Shown in pieces: positions 48,921 through 62,604 of a stretch of 64,000 nucleotides of DNA. A program made the translations under genes and the position numbers. The notes beneath the pieces were generated by a model that saw nothing but the letters and a program-made list of their open reading frames with translations, had not been told where the DNA came from and made no database searches. The stretch lies in the NCBI GenBank assembly GCA_964234715.1, contig OZ174288.1; one strand, 5' to 3'. Positions within the stretch are counted from its first letter, which is position 1, and every line of letters starts with the position of its first letter. This DNA comes from Podarcis melisellensis. Its lineage: Eukaryota.

Positions 48921-49860
48921 AATAATAATAATATAATAATAATTTATTATTTATACCCCGCCCATCTGGCTGGGCTTCCCCAGCCACTCTGGGCGGCTTC
49001 CAAAAATATATATTAAAATACTCTAATACATCAAACATTAAAAGCTTCCCTAAACAGGGCTGCCTTCAGATGTCTTCTAAAAGTCTGGTAGTTGTTGTTC
49101 TCTTTGACATCTGGTGGGAGGGCGTTCCACAGGGAGGGCACCACTACCGAGAAGGCCCTCTGCCTGGTTCCCTGTAACCTTACTTCTCGCAGTGAGGGAA
49201 CCGCCAGAAGGCCCTTGGCACTGGACCTCAGTGTCCGGGTAGAATAATGGGGGTGGAGATGCTCCTTCAGATATACCGGACCAAGGCCGTTTAGGGCTTT
49301 AAAGGTCAGCACCAACACTTTGAATTGTGCTCGGAAACGTTCTGGGAGCCAATGTAGGTCTTTTAAGACCTGTGTTATGTGGTCTCGGCGGCTGCTCCCA
49401 GTCACCAGTCTAGCTGCTGCGTTCTGGATTAGTTGTAGTTTCCAGGTCACCTTCAAACGTAGCCCCACGTAGAGCGCATTGCAGTAGTCCAAGCGGGAGA
49501 TAACCAGAGCATGCACCACTCTGGCAAGACAGTCCGCAGGCAGACAGGGTCTCAGCCTGCGTACCAGATGGAGCTGGTAAACAGCTGCCCTGGACACAGA
49601 TTTGACCTGTGCCTCCATGGACAGCTGCGAGTCCAAAATGACTCCCAGGCTGCGCACCTGGTCCTTCAGGGGCACAGTTACCCCATTCAGGACCAGGGAA
49701 TCCTCCACTCCTGCCCGCCTCCTGTCCCCCCAAAACAGTACTTCTGTCTTGTCAGGATTCAACCTCAATCTGTTAGCCTCCATCCAACCTCCAACCGCCT
49801 CCAGGCACTCCCACAGGACCTTCACCGCCTTCACTGGTTCTGATTTGAAAGAGAGGTAGT
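48921..49860 (-). mobile_element. L2 LINE 3' fragment with an open ORF2 C-terminus
   Basis: RLRLNPDKTEVL...VRSLGVILDSQLSME...VISRLDYCNALYVGL...LHWLP..FRAQFKVL...; (TAA)n tail. Confidence 0.9.
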
Positions 49861-51904
49861 GCAACAACCCTCTGTACCCAGAAGGTGGCACTGCAGTTCT
49901 CTCACAAGGCTACAAATGTAGTCAGTTTCACAGCAAGGACAATGGAAGAGTAATCCTCCCATTTCAACAGAATGTATCATCTTCTCACACAAACATATGC
50001 TAATATAGGTTTCATTTTATTATTACCTATGGTACACAACGAGATAGAATAAATTAACTCTATAAATCAATGCAAAAAAAGGAGAAGATGTCGATATGTT
50101 TCCCTGCAAGCAATCAAATTATTTCTGAGTGTTAAAATACCTGAGAGAAATGAGCAGCCTAAAAACGACATATTTAATGAAACATGAATTACTGCCAGCA
50201 CTCACTCGACTATGTTGATATACATCACATAGCTTATCTGTAACTCACCTTGAGTCCCCAGAGGGGAGAAAGGCGGAGAAGCAGCTGAACAGAGTGGCAA
50301 GGCATGATCCCACCTGCAGCCTTTTCATAAAAGGCAGCTTACAAACTGAAGGTGTGGCATGCGGATCAGGCCCAAACTAGGCCCACTGATGTCACATGAC
50401 AGTAGTAGGGCCAGCTCATACAGGCTCATTTTAATTGAACTCTTGTGTTGCTTGACTGTAGTTTTAATGAATGCTGTTCTATTGTTTTACTTCAGTGTTC
50501 CTTTAATTTAATGGAAGTTGTTTTATTAATCAGCGGATATAATTTTAAAAACCAAAGGGACTGCCTGACCACCTCTCCCGCCACCAGTACTCTAATTTGC
50601 ACAACAGCATTTGGTTCCATATTCAAGTTACACAGCTTAGAATGGCCTGTTAATTTTTCTATGTCCTCATAAAATGCTTTTCCAAAGATGAGTCCCTCCA
50701 GAATGTACTGGGGTAAATTAATGGCAAGAAATACAGTCCAATGATGCTCAATTCATAGAGTAATTTAGCTGGGCTCTAGTCACCTCTTTGCTTGTCAAAC
50801 AAATCACAAAGAACTCCCTGTACTGCTTGCTTAGCAACTTTCTCCAGTCTAATAAATCTGTAAAACTCTTGCTCTCATAATTGCTGTTAAAGGACTATTT
50901 GTTGATCAAATTAGTCTCACTAGCTGACCGCAGACCTAAGTGAGTCAATATAGAATTCTGACACTGCACGATGGTTAAGACTTTTTCTTTTATCCAAAGA
51001 AGCTAAGACTGCAAAGCATGACAAAATATGTGCCAGCTGAGATTTATCAGTATCCCATAGTTTAGTGTTAGGAGAATGAGCTCCAGTAAGCCTCAGATAC
51101 TCCCCACCCCTTCCAACATGGCCACAAGGAGGAGTTTGGAAGTGCTTGCTTCTGTTTTCATTAACTGAAGCTTGCTGTATCATCCAAGTCTGGAAAAAAG
51201 TGTGATTAATCTTAATGGTGGCTAATTGAAATAAACAAGCTTCATGAACTTTGGTTCAAAAATGTATTGTTTCAACTTAGCAGAATTAAGAATGGTGATG
51301 GTTTAGGGTTCATTCCAAGCTGCGGTTTAACTAAGACAGAAGCTTTGATTTTGCTGCTGCACCAGAGAGGAAAGACTGTGTATGGAACATACATGCCTTA
51401 GACACTGTGAGGCTTATTCTTGTAATAGTAAAACATAGTATAAGTGGACATTTAACTGTTCTTCTGCCATGTGAAAACTCTTGCTGACTGGGTAAGAGTA
51501 GGACTCATGTCATTGTCTCACTGCTGCCAAAGGTTTTCTTGTGCGCCTTCAAACACCTTATAACTCAAATTTATCTTTTTAAAATTAAAAAATAAGCTTA
51601 TTGATACTCCTATAGGCACCCCAGTTAGATACTGTGTTGCCAAAAGGTCTTTTTGTGGCCATCCAAGCCCCTCACTCACCCATGTCATAAAAAATATATA
51701 TTCTTATTACTGACCATTCCTGTGGGTTCCCTGCTGTGATTCTGTAATGTGAAAGGGTTAATATGACCCTTCCAAGAACCCCCCAAATAAAATAAATCCA
51801 TTTTTTTTTAATTAGTAACACCCACATTTACAGTTTGCCCCCCTGGAGGATTGACCACGGGAGAATGTGATCCAAAAAAAGGTGAACAACCACTATTTTA
51901 TACT

Positions 51905-52043
51905 AGTTACAGATAGGTAGCTGTGTTGGTCTGCCATAGTCAAAACAAAAAAAAAATCCTTTCAGTAGCACCTTAAAGACCAACTAATTTAGTTCTTGGT
52001 ATGAGTTTTTGTGTGCATGCACGAAAGGAATTTTTTTTGTTTT
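51905..52043. mobile_element. Penelope-like fragment with an internal inversion
   Basis: GTAGCACCTTAAAGACCAAC motif, inverted AAAACAAAAAAAAAATCCTTTC / GAAAGGAATTTTTTTTGTTTT, flanked by the 14-bp direct repeat CACTATTTTATACT. Confidence 0.6.
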
Positions 52044-53802
52044 CACTATTTTATACTGTATCAGAGACTAAGTCAATGTTAAGTACTTTAGCCGCACTGA
52101 CTAGGATGAAAAAAGTCAGCCTCTTTTTCCTCCTGGGTTAAACAAAACAGTAGGCACAATCCACAAGGATGTTCTCTTGAACAAGCTTTCTGGAGTAAAT
52201 GGGGTATCAGTAAGAGCACTGCTCTGGATCTGCACGGCTCTCATTGCTTCCAATGGGATGTGCTCTGGAGAATGTGCTTTCACATAATGCCCAACAACTG
52301 GAATGAAACAACTCAAGCTGTATTTCTCCCTGCAAGTGTGACTCTCTGTATACAAAAAGTGATCACCCAGTTTTGAGAACTATGAAAGTCTGGAATTTGA
52401 TGATCCAGAATACCTTTCTTCAGCCTGCAAGGTCTCCCTCTTTTAAGAAAGCCTTTAGAGATTTGCTGATGTTTTCGGGGTACTTATTTGAACTGTTTCT
52501 AGTCACAAGTCATTATGCTTCTAACTGGAATGCAGATACATTTGATGTCTTCTGCATTTTCTGTGTATTTATGATTTGCATGGAAAGCAGCATATAAGAC
52601 TGAGAGAAAAGCATTATATAATTATCAGGTTTTTGGATGCTGTAAGCCAGAAGGAATGGTGAAGAAGGGCCTGCTCAGTGGCACTACCCCATTTGTGGAA
52701 CTCTTCTTGGTGGAGATTCAGTTTTCCTTCACATTGCCATCTTTCAGATGACAACTGAAAACATTGGTTCCCTCATCTCTTTGCTGCATAGCTGGAGCGC
52801 AGTTAAAAAAAATGCTGCCTGCTACATTTTGCTTTAGTTGCTGATTTTGGTTTTAATCATTGTTTGTATTGATTTACTCTGTATGGTTATTCTTAGCTAT
52901 CCTGGGCTCCTTCAGGAGGAAAGGAGGGATACAAAAATGAAATTAATAATAGGTTGCATCCAACTAAGCTTTACTCAGAGTAAACCCATTTAAATTAATG
53001 GATCTAAGCCAGCCATTTAAATTAATTTTAGTGGGTCTTCTCTGCATAGGACTAATATTGAATATAATCGAATAATGTTTTATAGATGATTAATCTATTT
53101 TGAAAAGTGACTTAAAAATGCCTGTCTATGCATTTGCCTTTAAATACCTTCCACATTTTGATTGCACACTTTTGTCACTAATTTTAAAAAGCTACATATT
53201 GACAAGAGTACTCAGACTATGTTGCAGATTCCAATTTTATACCAGGATTTTAGTGGCATGCGATTTGATCAATAAGAAGGTAGGATGCATTCCACTTGAT
53301 CTCTTATCCAGTTCAAACACCTGACACCTGAAATGCTAATTAAAGTTACTGTAGCTATTAAATATTTAATTCTGTCCTACTGGTTCTCCATTTAATTCAG
53401 GTACAGTAACTAGCTGAGAACCCTGTCTAGCAATTAATTTGATGGAAAGAGGTACATCTGGAATCAAGAGAAAATTTGCTATGGAATTACATACATTTAG
53501 GACTTGTAAGTAATCTGTCCCATTGTGTGTGCTTTAGCTCTAAACAAACCTGTTACAGGAAAGCACACGAAACCTTTCAAGGAAGATTAAAAATAAATAT
53601 GCAATATGCATTTTCTCCAAATATTTTTGAAGTCAATGTTCCAGAGAAATGCTACTTACTGGTTGCTATTATGGAGTCAAATATATGAAAGAGAGGTGGA
53701 TATAATCTCATATTTCATGAGGATATTTCCATGTTCATTGAGATTTGCACAAAACTAAACAATGCTTCAGAAGGCAGCATGCAAATTCACAGGTATACTC
53801 AC

Positions 53803-53980
53803 AAGAGAGGTACTTTCTGGTTTGGCTACTGGTGCTTTAAGGGTAGAACTTTTAGAAGATTCCAGCCTTGCTTCTGAAGTTGCTCTTGTTTGTCCAGGTA
53901 CCAAGTAATCTGGTGGGGGAAGGATAACCGTACCTCTCTCTGCTAAGTTTACTGAGCTGATGCTTCGGATATGTGCAGGA
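53803..53980 (-). CDS. BAIAP2L1: BAIAP2L1 exon (PPPDY motif)
   Basis: PAHIRSISSVNLAERGTVILPPPDYLVPGQ...KAPVAKPESTSL; 178 nt. Confidence 0.94.
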
Positions 53981-55177
53981 CTAAAGGAAAGAAAAGCAAC
54001 CATTAAAACTAATAGAAACAATGAACAGGGCAGTTCCAGCTCACTGTGAATTTCCTTTTTGCTCCTTGGGGTTAGAGTAGTTGATTTTTATAGATAGAGC
54101 CTTCAGATATTATATTTTTCTGAGGGGCAGAAACCATGTCTTCCCATTTGGAATTAGGAATGTGAAGCATAGCTAATCTAGCAAGACATATACCCAACTC
54201 AAGAAGAATGACAGGCAGAAGAATGTGTCCAAGGGTCAAAACTACTGTGCATCTGTGCTCCTTAAAACTTTGTTTATGCTCAGAAAACCACAATGGGCAG
54301 AAAGAGATGAGTGTACTATTACATACTGCCCTGTGCCTTCCAAGAAAGAAGCCTATGTTTGCCAAAATCCACTGTGTCCGTTAATGCTTGCACACACTTA
54401 CAGATAAATTAAACAGAGCCTACAAGTGGGAAATTACCCATTGGGTGTGACATACGGTTTTGCTCTGTTTGACAAGCTACTGTGCACCCAGTACAGCAGG
54501 TGTAAACTTGTACTGAATATAGATTGTGTTTGCTTAGCACTATGTGAGGCCTGGTATGGTAGTGTTGGAGTAAACTGGGGTGGGCTTAGTCCTAATACCT
54601 GCTCAACTTTACTGAGTAGCTTTGGGCTAATTGCTGTCTCTCAACCTAACTCCACCCACAGGGTTGCTATAAGTCTGAAGCATGGGAGAAGAACCATGTA
54701 TACCACCATGAATTCAGGGGAGAAAGGATGGGATAAAAATATAATAACTAATGTAGCATGGGGTAGTTCTATTAATTTCAACGGAGCTACTTATTTGGGG
54801 TTGGTTAGAGTGGTCCAAGTATGACAAGATGGGACATAAATAAAGGTATAAAAGTAAGTAATAACGTTTAAGCAAGATCATAGATGGAATCTACACACAT
54901 ATAAAAACCGCTGTGAAAATGCTTTTTTAAAAAGCGTTTTGAAAAATACATTGAATTTGGCATAGCTCACTGTCGCCACCTAGTGTCACATTTGTATACT
55001 GCACCTTACAACACATTTAAAACATTTTATTTGCAGCTGTACAGCTGAGTCTATAGTTATATTTAGGGAGACTGCTTTTATCTTTTGTTTTAAAAGCACA
55101 TCCCTTGAAAGTGTTAAAATGTGCTATATAAATCCTAGGGGAAATAATAATAAAGATATTATTATTATTATTATTAC

Positions 55178-55255
55178 CTTGGCACTGGCACACGAATCGC
55201 CTCCTCCACTGGTTCTTCCAAAGGCTTTGTGTATGATGATGGGAACCATCCTTTT
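55178..55255 (-). CDS. BAIAP2L1: BAIAP2L1 exon (end of SH3)
   Basis: KGWFPSSYTKPLEEPVEEAIRVPVP; 78 nt. Confidence 0.95.
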
Positions 55256-56064
55256 CTAGAATGGAACATAATAATAAATTACCACCTTATGGAAGCTCCA
55301 AATCCTATCCTTTAAAGCAACTGCACTGTATGGAATAGCAGTACACGTGCCAGGATTGCTCCATGCTCCCTCTAGGTTCAGAGGCAGGATACAGTTGAGT
55401 TCCAGTTGCTGAAGAACAGCAGGGGAAGGGAGCTCATGTCCTGATTGTGGGCTTTCTGGAAGCATCTGCTGTGCCACTGTGAGACACAGCATGCTTCCAT
55501 CAGATTCCCAGGATGGTTTATTTAAAAAAGCAATGACATTAAAACGTAAATGCAGAAACGTAAAGGAAAAGGGCATCAAAAGCAGCATAATGCAGCCAAT
55601 GGGATTGAAGCTGTAGCTAAAAAGCTCTGGACAATAAAAATGCACCTTGCCTGGTGCCAAAAGGGCAATACTGTAAGTGGCAGGCAAACCTGCATGGGGA
55701 CAGAAATACATAACTGGGCTCCCACCACCAATTAGGCCTCTCTCTGGTATCTCTTAGTATCTTCATCTCAGATACTCTGAAGACCTACAGTACACCTTCT
55801 ATTGAAGATAATAAAATCAGGGCAGGTATGTATAGAGTCAGGTGGTCCTTCAAATATGCTAGGGGTTCTTAATTCTGATTTTAAAATTACAAAACTGCTC
55901 CGGCATCAAAATTTCTCTGTAGGTCCATCTGGCATTCCTACAGCTGATAGCATCCAGAACATTTAAGCATCATTAACAATAAAACGAGGGTGGGGGATGG
56001 AGAGCTCCACTGCTTTAAAACTCTCTTCTCATCTTGGAATCAGGAGACATGCGGATTAACTTAC

Positions 56065-56272
56065 GCTTTAGTCACATCATGTTCTCCGTACAGCCAGCCA
56101 TCCCTTTCTTCAGATATAAGTAGTGTGATGATATCTCCCTGTGCAAAACTAAGTAGAGTCTTGTTACTCTCAGCGGTGTGAGGAAATATTGTTTTAACTT
56201 TTGGCCGTTTCATTATATTTAGTCCTGTGGCAACAGAGGTTGATCGTGATAAACTGGAATCATCCGCGTGAT
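56065..56272 (-). CDS. BAIAP2L1: BAIAP2L1 exon (SH3 domain)
   Basis: [68 protein letters not shown]; 208 nt. Confidence 0.95.
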
Positions 56273-56628
56273 CTGATTAACAAAAAACAGCAACATAGAA
56301 CTGGATCAAACAAAAACAAGTTAAAATGGAATTGAATAACAACAATGAACACTTTTCCTATCCTCACTCAAACTTCCAATTAACTATGGGGTTAAGTGCA
56401 AGAATTAAATTAAGTTTTTGTATTTTAACTTTTGTATGTTTTTAAGTATGGTTGTATTTATTTTAATTATTTTATTGTTTTACCTTTTGTAAACTGCTTT
56501 GCAGGTTTTTTTTTTACAATCAAGTGGTGTATACATTTTATGAAACAAATACATTAACTAAAATAGTCATTTTCACAAGAATATGCCTTTTCAACACACC
56601 TATACACACACACACACAAAATGCTTAC

Positions 56629-56779
56629 CTGTTGAATTATTTAATCTCTCTGAAGGTGCCTTTGGGGCCATTGACGGGTTGTTAAACATGTCAACTAAAG
56701 GACTAGTATAGGCTCTCCCTGTGGGTGCAGGGGGTACTCTGGGGGAACTTCTATGAAGCGAGTCATAATTGTTTCCAAG
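56629..56779 (-). CDS. BAIAP2L1: BAIAP2L1 exon
   Basis: LGNNYDSLHRSSPRVPPAPTGRAYTSPLVDMFNNPSMAPKAPSERLNNST; 151 nt. Confidence 0.94.
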
Positions 56780-57425
56780 CTAGTGACACAAAATTAACAT
56801 TAAGCATCAGTACAATGATATAATGTCATATATCAACAATTTTGTCCACACATGCAAACAGGAGTAGAAGGTTGAAAAACACTGGGTATCAACTCAGTGC
56901 AGATCCATTGAAATTAATTGGCACAACTAATATAGATCTATGGGTCTATTCTGAACAGAACTCTGTTGGAGACAACCTGTCATTTTTCTTTGAAGATTTC
57001 AGCAGCTGGGTTTAAAAACTTTATCCAGTATAAGGCATGATAAAAAGCATGTGGGTGGGGGAGATCTAGATTTCTACCCTTCCATATGGCCCACCAGTTG
57101 AAGACCAGAGCTCTAATACCATTTGCCCCCATCAGCAGGAACATAAAGCTCTGAGAATGTGACTTAGTTGCTGCTTTAGAAGTCATAGGTTGTATTCAAC
57201 ACAGCATTCAACTAACTGATTGTTTTGTTGTGCAAGGAGAAATCTCTCTTGTTTCTCCCTCTGCGTCCGCTAGGGTGGAATCTACACGCATATAAAAACT
57301 GTTCTGAAAATGCTTTGTTTTTAAGCGTTTTAAAAAATACATTGAATTTTCCATAAGATTCACCACCGCCATCTACTGTCACACTGTATATTGCACTTAA
57401 AACACACTTAAAACATTTGCTGTAT

Positions 57426-57783
57426 AAAGGTAAAGGTAAAGGTACCCCTGCCCGTACGGGCCAGTCTTGACAGACTCTGGGGTTGTGCGCCCATCTCACT
57501 CAAGAGGCCAGGGGCCAGCGCTGTCCGAAGACACTTCCGGGTCACATGGCCAGCGTGACATCACTGCTCTGGCGAGCCAGAGCTGCACACGGAAACGCCG
57601 TTTACCTTCCCGCTGGTAAGCGGTCCCTATTTATCTACTTGCACCCAGAGGTGCTTTCGAACTGCTAGGTTGGCAGGCGCTGGGACCGAGCAGCGGGAGC
57701 GCACCCCGCCGCAGGGATTCGAACCGCCGACCTTTCGATCGGCAAGTCCTAGGCACTGAGGCTTTAACCCACAGCGCCACCTG
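57426..57783 (-). mobile_element. Sauria SINE
   Basis: Reverse complement of the head seen at 1329, with an (ACCTTT)n tail. Confidence 0.9.
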
Positions 57784-57928
57784 CTAAGTCTATTCTGTGG
57801 TTCTTGCAACTATTTAATTGAATACTGCCCCATGTCTGGAACCTGGAATCATTTTAATACATTTCTCCTTTTCCCTATCCAGCTGTTGCTCTCAGGAAGG
57901 AGCTTGTAATCAACAGAGAATTCCTCAC

Positions 57929-58096
57929 CATACTGCTTCTTTCTATCATTGGCGAAGGCAAAGGAGTTCCTGATATTGGAGTGGAGCCAGGGGTCTTTAT
58001 CTCTTCTATCATGGTCATGATTTTCTCCGGCACTTTGGTAGCATCGCTGCAAGTTTCTAACCAATTAGGCAACTTGGCGTTAAGTAACTCTGAGCA
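57929..58096 (-). CDS. BAIAP2L1: BAIAP2L1 exon (end of IMD/I-BAR)
   Basis: [56 protein letters not shown]; 168 nt. Confidence 0.95.
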
Positions 58097-58572
58097 CTAC
58101 AAAAAATATGAGTGAGTTAAAAATAAGATTATATGCTTTTCAGATTAAAATCTTATCTGTGTGTACAGATATCTTTAATGCAAGGTTCTTGCCAAATTCT
58201 ATTGGCAATGTGAACTATAACATACTGTAGCACCTGCATATAGCTTGTTTGGGAAAAATATACTTCCCCATCACAGAAATGCAGCGCTTTATGTATGATC
58301 TCCTATAGAAAATAAAAATAAAATTCTTTATGAAACATGCTTACTTTATAGGGATGTAGTCACAAACAATAAACCACCACAGGCTCTGTGTTGTGGCTTG
58401 AATTTTCATTTACGGGTCTAGTTTTTCCAATAATTTAAATGTCTTGTGTCACAATCAAAGAAAATGGAGCCTAAAATGAATGCCTTTAGAGTGTACTTTG
58501 TGTTGTGGAAAACCTCAGCATCCCCACAAAACCAAGTTTTTCTGACAGCTTAGCGTCTCCTCTCATACTAAC

Positions 58573-58725
58573 CTCTACATGGTAATACTGCATATGTTGA
58601 GCAAAACTGCAGTGCTTGTCAACCAGAAAACAGAATCTTTTTTTCTCTTCAAGTAGAGCTTCTCTGCAACCTTCAGCAATAAATCTTTGAATATCACTCT
58701 GTCGAGAAGTCACTGTTTCCAAATA
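58573..58725 (-). CDS. BAIAP2L1: BAIAP2L1 exon (IMD)
   Basis: [51 protein letters not shown]; 153 nt. Confidence 0.96.
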
Positions 58726-58996
58726 CTAAATAAAATAATAAATATAAATAATAAATCACAACAGAGAAAACTTTCTTCTTACACATTCTTCTTGCACAAC
58801 TCGGATCCAAAAGCAACCTTAATGTCTTAATCCAATCTCAAACAGAAATAAACAACGTGGTTGCCGTTCTCTGATCTAGCAATAAATTTATCACCTATAA
58901 ATGCATTTATCTAAATGCTACACCTGCAAATCAATGCAACACTTCCAAGAGATACAAGGAACATCACACCCTTTGAACATAATCAAGTCTAAGATA

Positions 58997-59246
58997 CAGT
59001 TGTACCTTGGTTTTCGAACAGCTTAGTTCTTGAATGTTTTGGCTCCCGAACGCCGCAAACCCGGAAAGGGTGTTCCAAATTTGTGATCTATTTTTGGAAG
59101 CCGAACGTTTGACAGGGCTCCCGCAGCTTCCGATTGGCTGCAGGAGCTTCCTGCAGCCAATCCAAAGCTGAACTTTGGTTTCTGAATGTTTTGGAAGTGA
59201 AACGGACTTCTGGAACGGATTCCCTTCGACCTCTGAGGTATGACTG
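58997..59246. mobile_element. Tigger-like MITE, second family (related: ~2836-3030, 30831-31390, 40875-41094)
   Basis: TA|CAGTTGTACC terminus; shared GATTGGCTGCAGGAGCTTCCTGCAGCCAATC palindrome. Confidence 0.7.
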
Positions 59247-59395
59247 TTTTCAAATTGGAGATGGAATGGCTTGGATCTAGAATTTCATGAGCTGAAGCCA
59301 CTCACTGGGCGGGTTTTCCCATTCTCCTCCTTCCCATCATAGTTAGATGTGGTACAAGGGGTTGCAATGGGAAGACACCAGGGGAGTGCACTCAC

Positions 59396-59533
59396 CTCGG
59401 TTTCTTTATGCTCATATTTTGTTGCATTCCTTCCTCCTTGACTTTTCCTTCGGATTTTCTTCAGTTCAGCCTGAGATTTTTCCAAAGAATCCAATTTGCT
59501 TCTGTGTTCATTCTGGTATCTCTTCAAAGTAGC
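59396..59533 (-). CDS. BAIAP2L1: BAIAP2L1 exon (IMD)
   Basis: [46 protein letters not shown]; 138 nt. Confidence 0.96.
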
Positions 59534-62409
59534 CTGCAATCAAAGCATTCAGAAATCTTATATTAGAATATAATAATTAGCTGATGACGTTGGAAGCTCA
59601 GCTCCCTGTTACAGCAAGCAAATTCTTTAGGATATACATATGCAACCAATGCCAGCATAATAATATAAAACAAGTATCATTTTGCTATAGTAGCAAAAGA
59701 AAAATTAGCAGTACAATGACTGTATGCCTCTCTCACAAGAGGTCTGGAGGGTGGCAACATGAGAATGGGCCGTTTCTGCAGTGGCTCCCTGTTTGTGAAA
59801 TGTTCTTCCCAGGGAGATTCAGCTGGTGCCTTCATTATATACCTTTAGGTACCAGGTAAAAATGTTCCTCTTCAACCAGACCTTTGGCTGATTAGCATCT
59901 TCTACCCCTTTTAAATATGTTTGTGGGAGGGGGGAGGGAGGTTTATTGGTTTGTTTGTTTTTATCATGGATTTTGTGTTTTTATATTGTATTTTATGCTG
60001 TGAACTGCCCTGAGATCTACGGATGAAGGGTGGTATGCAAATTAAATAAATAAGAATAAGAATGTGCTGCAGTTGTTCCTCCATCTAGTATCAGCAACTT
60101 TCACGTGGAAAACATTAGAGCAGCCAAACATAAATAAATAGTTTTTCAAAAGAAACTTGAGAATGAAAATATTCTGAGCTGTATTTGTTCAAGATTTCGT
60201 ATGTATTGCTGTCATCTTGTAGACAATACATGGAACAGTTGCTAAACCTGCCAAGGACCTTCGAAATAAAAAGAGGAAGATTGATGTTTCTTGATTTGGA
60301 GCAAAATGTATATAATCCTGGTCTTTTAAAAATGCCTCTTGCTTATGTATGCAAATATCTCCCTGTGCTCTTAGGAACTCTGGTGACCTTGGGTTGATGC
60401 AATGGAACATCTGACTGTCTGGCATGGAACGTCTTCCTCAAAATGAAATTTAAAGAAGGTATCTATTCATTTCACAAGTTACACATGATACATGCTTGTT
60501 GACATGGTTCATTAAAAAATGTTTATATTCCAAATACAAATACATGAAACCCTCCCCAACAGGTTTTCCTAATAGAAACTTCTCTCTACCTAATTTCCTG
60601 TGTCATTCAGCTATGTCATAAAAGTTAACTATTATCCTAGAATATTCTTTTTAAATCAGAGACTCATATCCAGCCCTTAAGCCAATTCACAAGAGTTCTG
60701 TACCAGGCCACCATTTGCCACAAAAATACCTTATCTGCCGTACTCAGTATGGGTTTCTTGGGAAAATTCATCAAGATATCACACAGTTTATACATTCAGT
60801 CCTCAGTTTGTGGCAGATTTATATTTTTCTAGCAATATGCTAAGGTAATCCAGCTATGAGAATGTTTCATACTTGTAATTCTATCTTTGTTGATAAGCAC
60901 AAGCAAAACTATTAAGAAGATGCAAATTAAGTTATTAGTCAGTGATTTAGTTTTGTTCTACCCAGTATCTGTGCCCACACCTGCTGAACTTTCAGACAAG
61001 ACAAATGTAGTTAAGTTCCTGATTTATAGGCCAACACCACTGTTTTTATCCCAGCACATGTCCAAATGCTACTATTTTAATTAGTTATTTAAAAAAACCA
61101 CATAGGAAGTGGCTGGTGTATGTATTCAGATAATTGAGAGATTATATTCCCATACTAAGAAGCCTGGGCTTTGAGATCTGCAGGAGGAACCTTGCTTGTG
61201 GTCCTCATGCCTAATGAGATTTGCAGGGTGGAGACCCATGGGTCAGTTTTTTCCCCCTGCAGTGGCCCCATGCCTTTTGAATAACCTCCCCTTTGTGACA
61301 TGTCTCACTATGACATTGCTGCCTTTTCACTGTCAGGTGAAGAAGCACCTCTTTCACTGTCAGGTGAAGAAGCACCCAAGATTTGGGATAGGGATATATG
61401 CGCTAATTGAATTTTTGTTGCTGTTTCTGTTTTAACTTGTAACTGGATATTTGCATTTGGTTTTATGTGCTTTAATGCTTTTGTTTAATCTTTTGGTTTT
61501 AAGTGTATGTAATTCCATCCTGGGGCCTTTAAGTGAAGGACAGATCACAAATATGTTTAATAAAATATATAAAACTGGCCGATCAAGGATTTGCTCTCAT
61601 GTATTTTTGCATCTTAAATGTATCTAAGGAGACATTTGAAATGCCTTCCATCGGTCCGCAGGATATCCAAGACTATTTCTGTGAAGGTGGGATTCATTTT
61701 ACTTTGATCAAGTTGGTTTTGGTAAGACAATTACCAATGTGAAAGTATTCAAAAGATGAAAGCTTAACGTCAGGATTCTGAATATTGCATCACTTTCATA
61801 TACGTCCACAAAGCTGCTGCTTGAGATGCATGATCAGGCCTTTGACTGTTTGACTTTAACTCATAGTGTCTGACTGTCAGTTGTTCTCCACTACAAAAAT
61901 TTAATAACTGAGCCACTGCATAATATAACAATAAATATGCCATTATCAGCCTTCCTTTGACTAGTTAATATCTTAGCTTTAATCCTTCCTTTAATTTTTA
62001 AGACATTTTTGCCCATGATTAATATCTCCATCAGATATAAAAATAGGTAAAATCTGAATATATAACATCTAGGAACCCAAAACACCTTAGTTATAGCTAT
62101 ATGTACAAATCAGGATAAATGTAATTTAGTATTTTTGGAATTCTTAACGTTTCAGCCTTGAAGACAACACATGTAGATTGGCAAAGTTGATATACTACAA
62201 ACATCAACAGAGATATTAAGGACTGAACTTAGAGCCCTAAATCATAAAAATTGCTGTAAGCACAGGGGCTCTGCTCCACGTGTAAAACCTTCCCAACCTG
62301 CTTCAGGAAAGTCATTTCTTGTGCTATTTGCCAACACTAAGTAGCACATACGATAAGATAATCATATAAATGATTAATCTTCTCCGGCACTGAAAAACAA
62401 TATACTTAC

Positions 62410-62481
62410 ATTCATGTATTTTACATCTAGTTCAGTCTTCTTCTCCAGCTCAGATATAATCTCTTTATGGAATTTCTTGAA
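62410..62481 (-). CDS. BAIAP2L1: BAIAP2L1 exon (IMD)
   Basis: [24 protein letters not shown]; 72 nt. Confidence 0.95.
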
Positions 62482-62604
62482 CTGCAAGAGTAAATGGATA
62501 ACTGTGTAGTTAAAGGGTTAGTTTCCACACAAAGGTTCCCCCCCCCATAGGTTTTTATTTTATTTTTTTAAAAAAGTTAAAATATTGCATGGGTATTTAC
62601 TTAC

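Noticed and set aside
49031-49891. 286-aa ORF as a novel host gene
   Set aside because: It is the C-terminal part of an L2 ORF2, followed by the element's tail.
61325-61376. 27-bp-period direct repeat (CRISPR-like?)
   Set aside because: Only two units and no spacers; a local tandem duplication inside a LINE remnant in a vertebrate intron.
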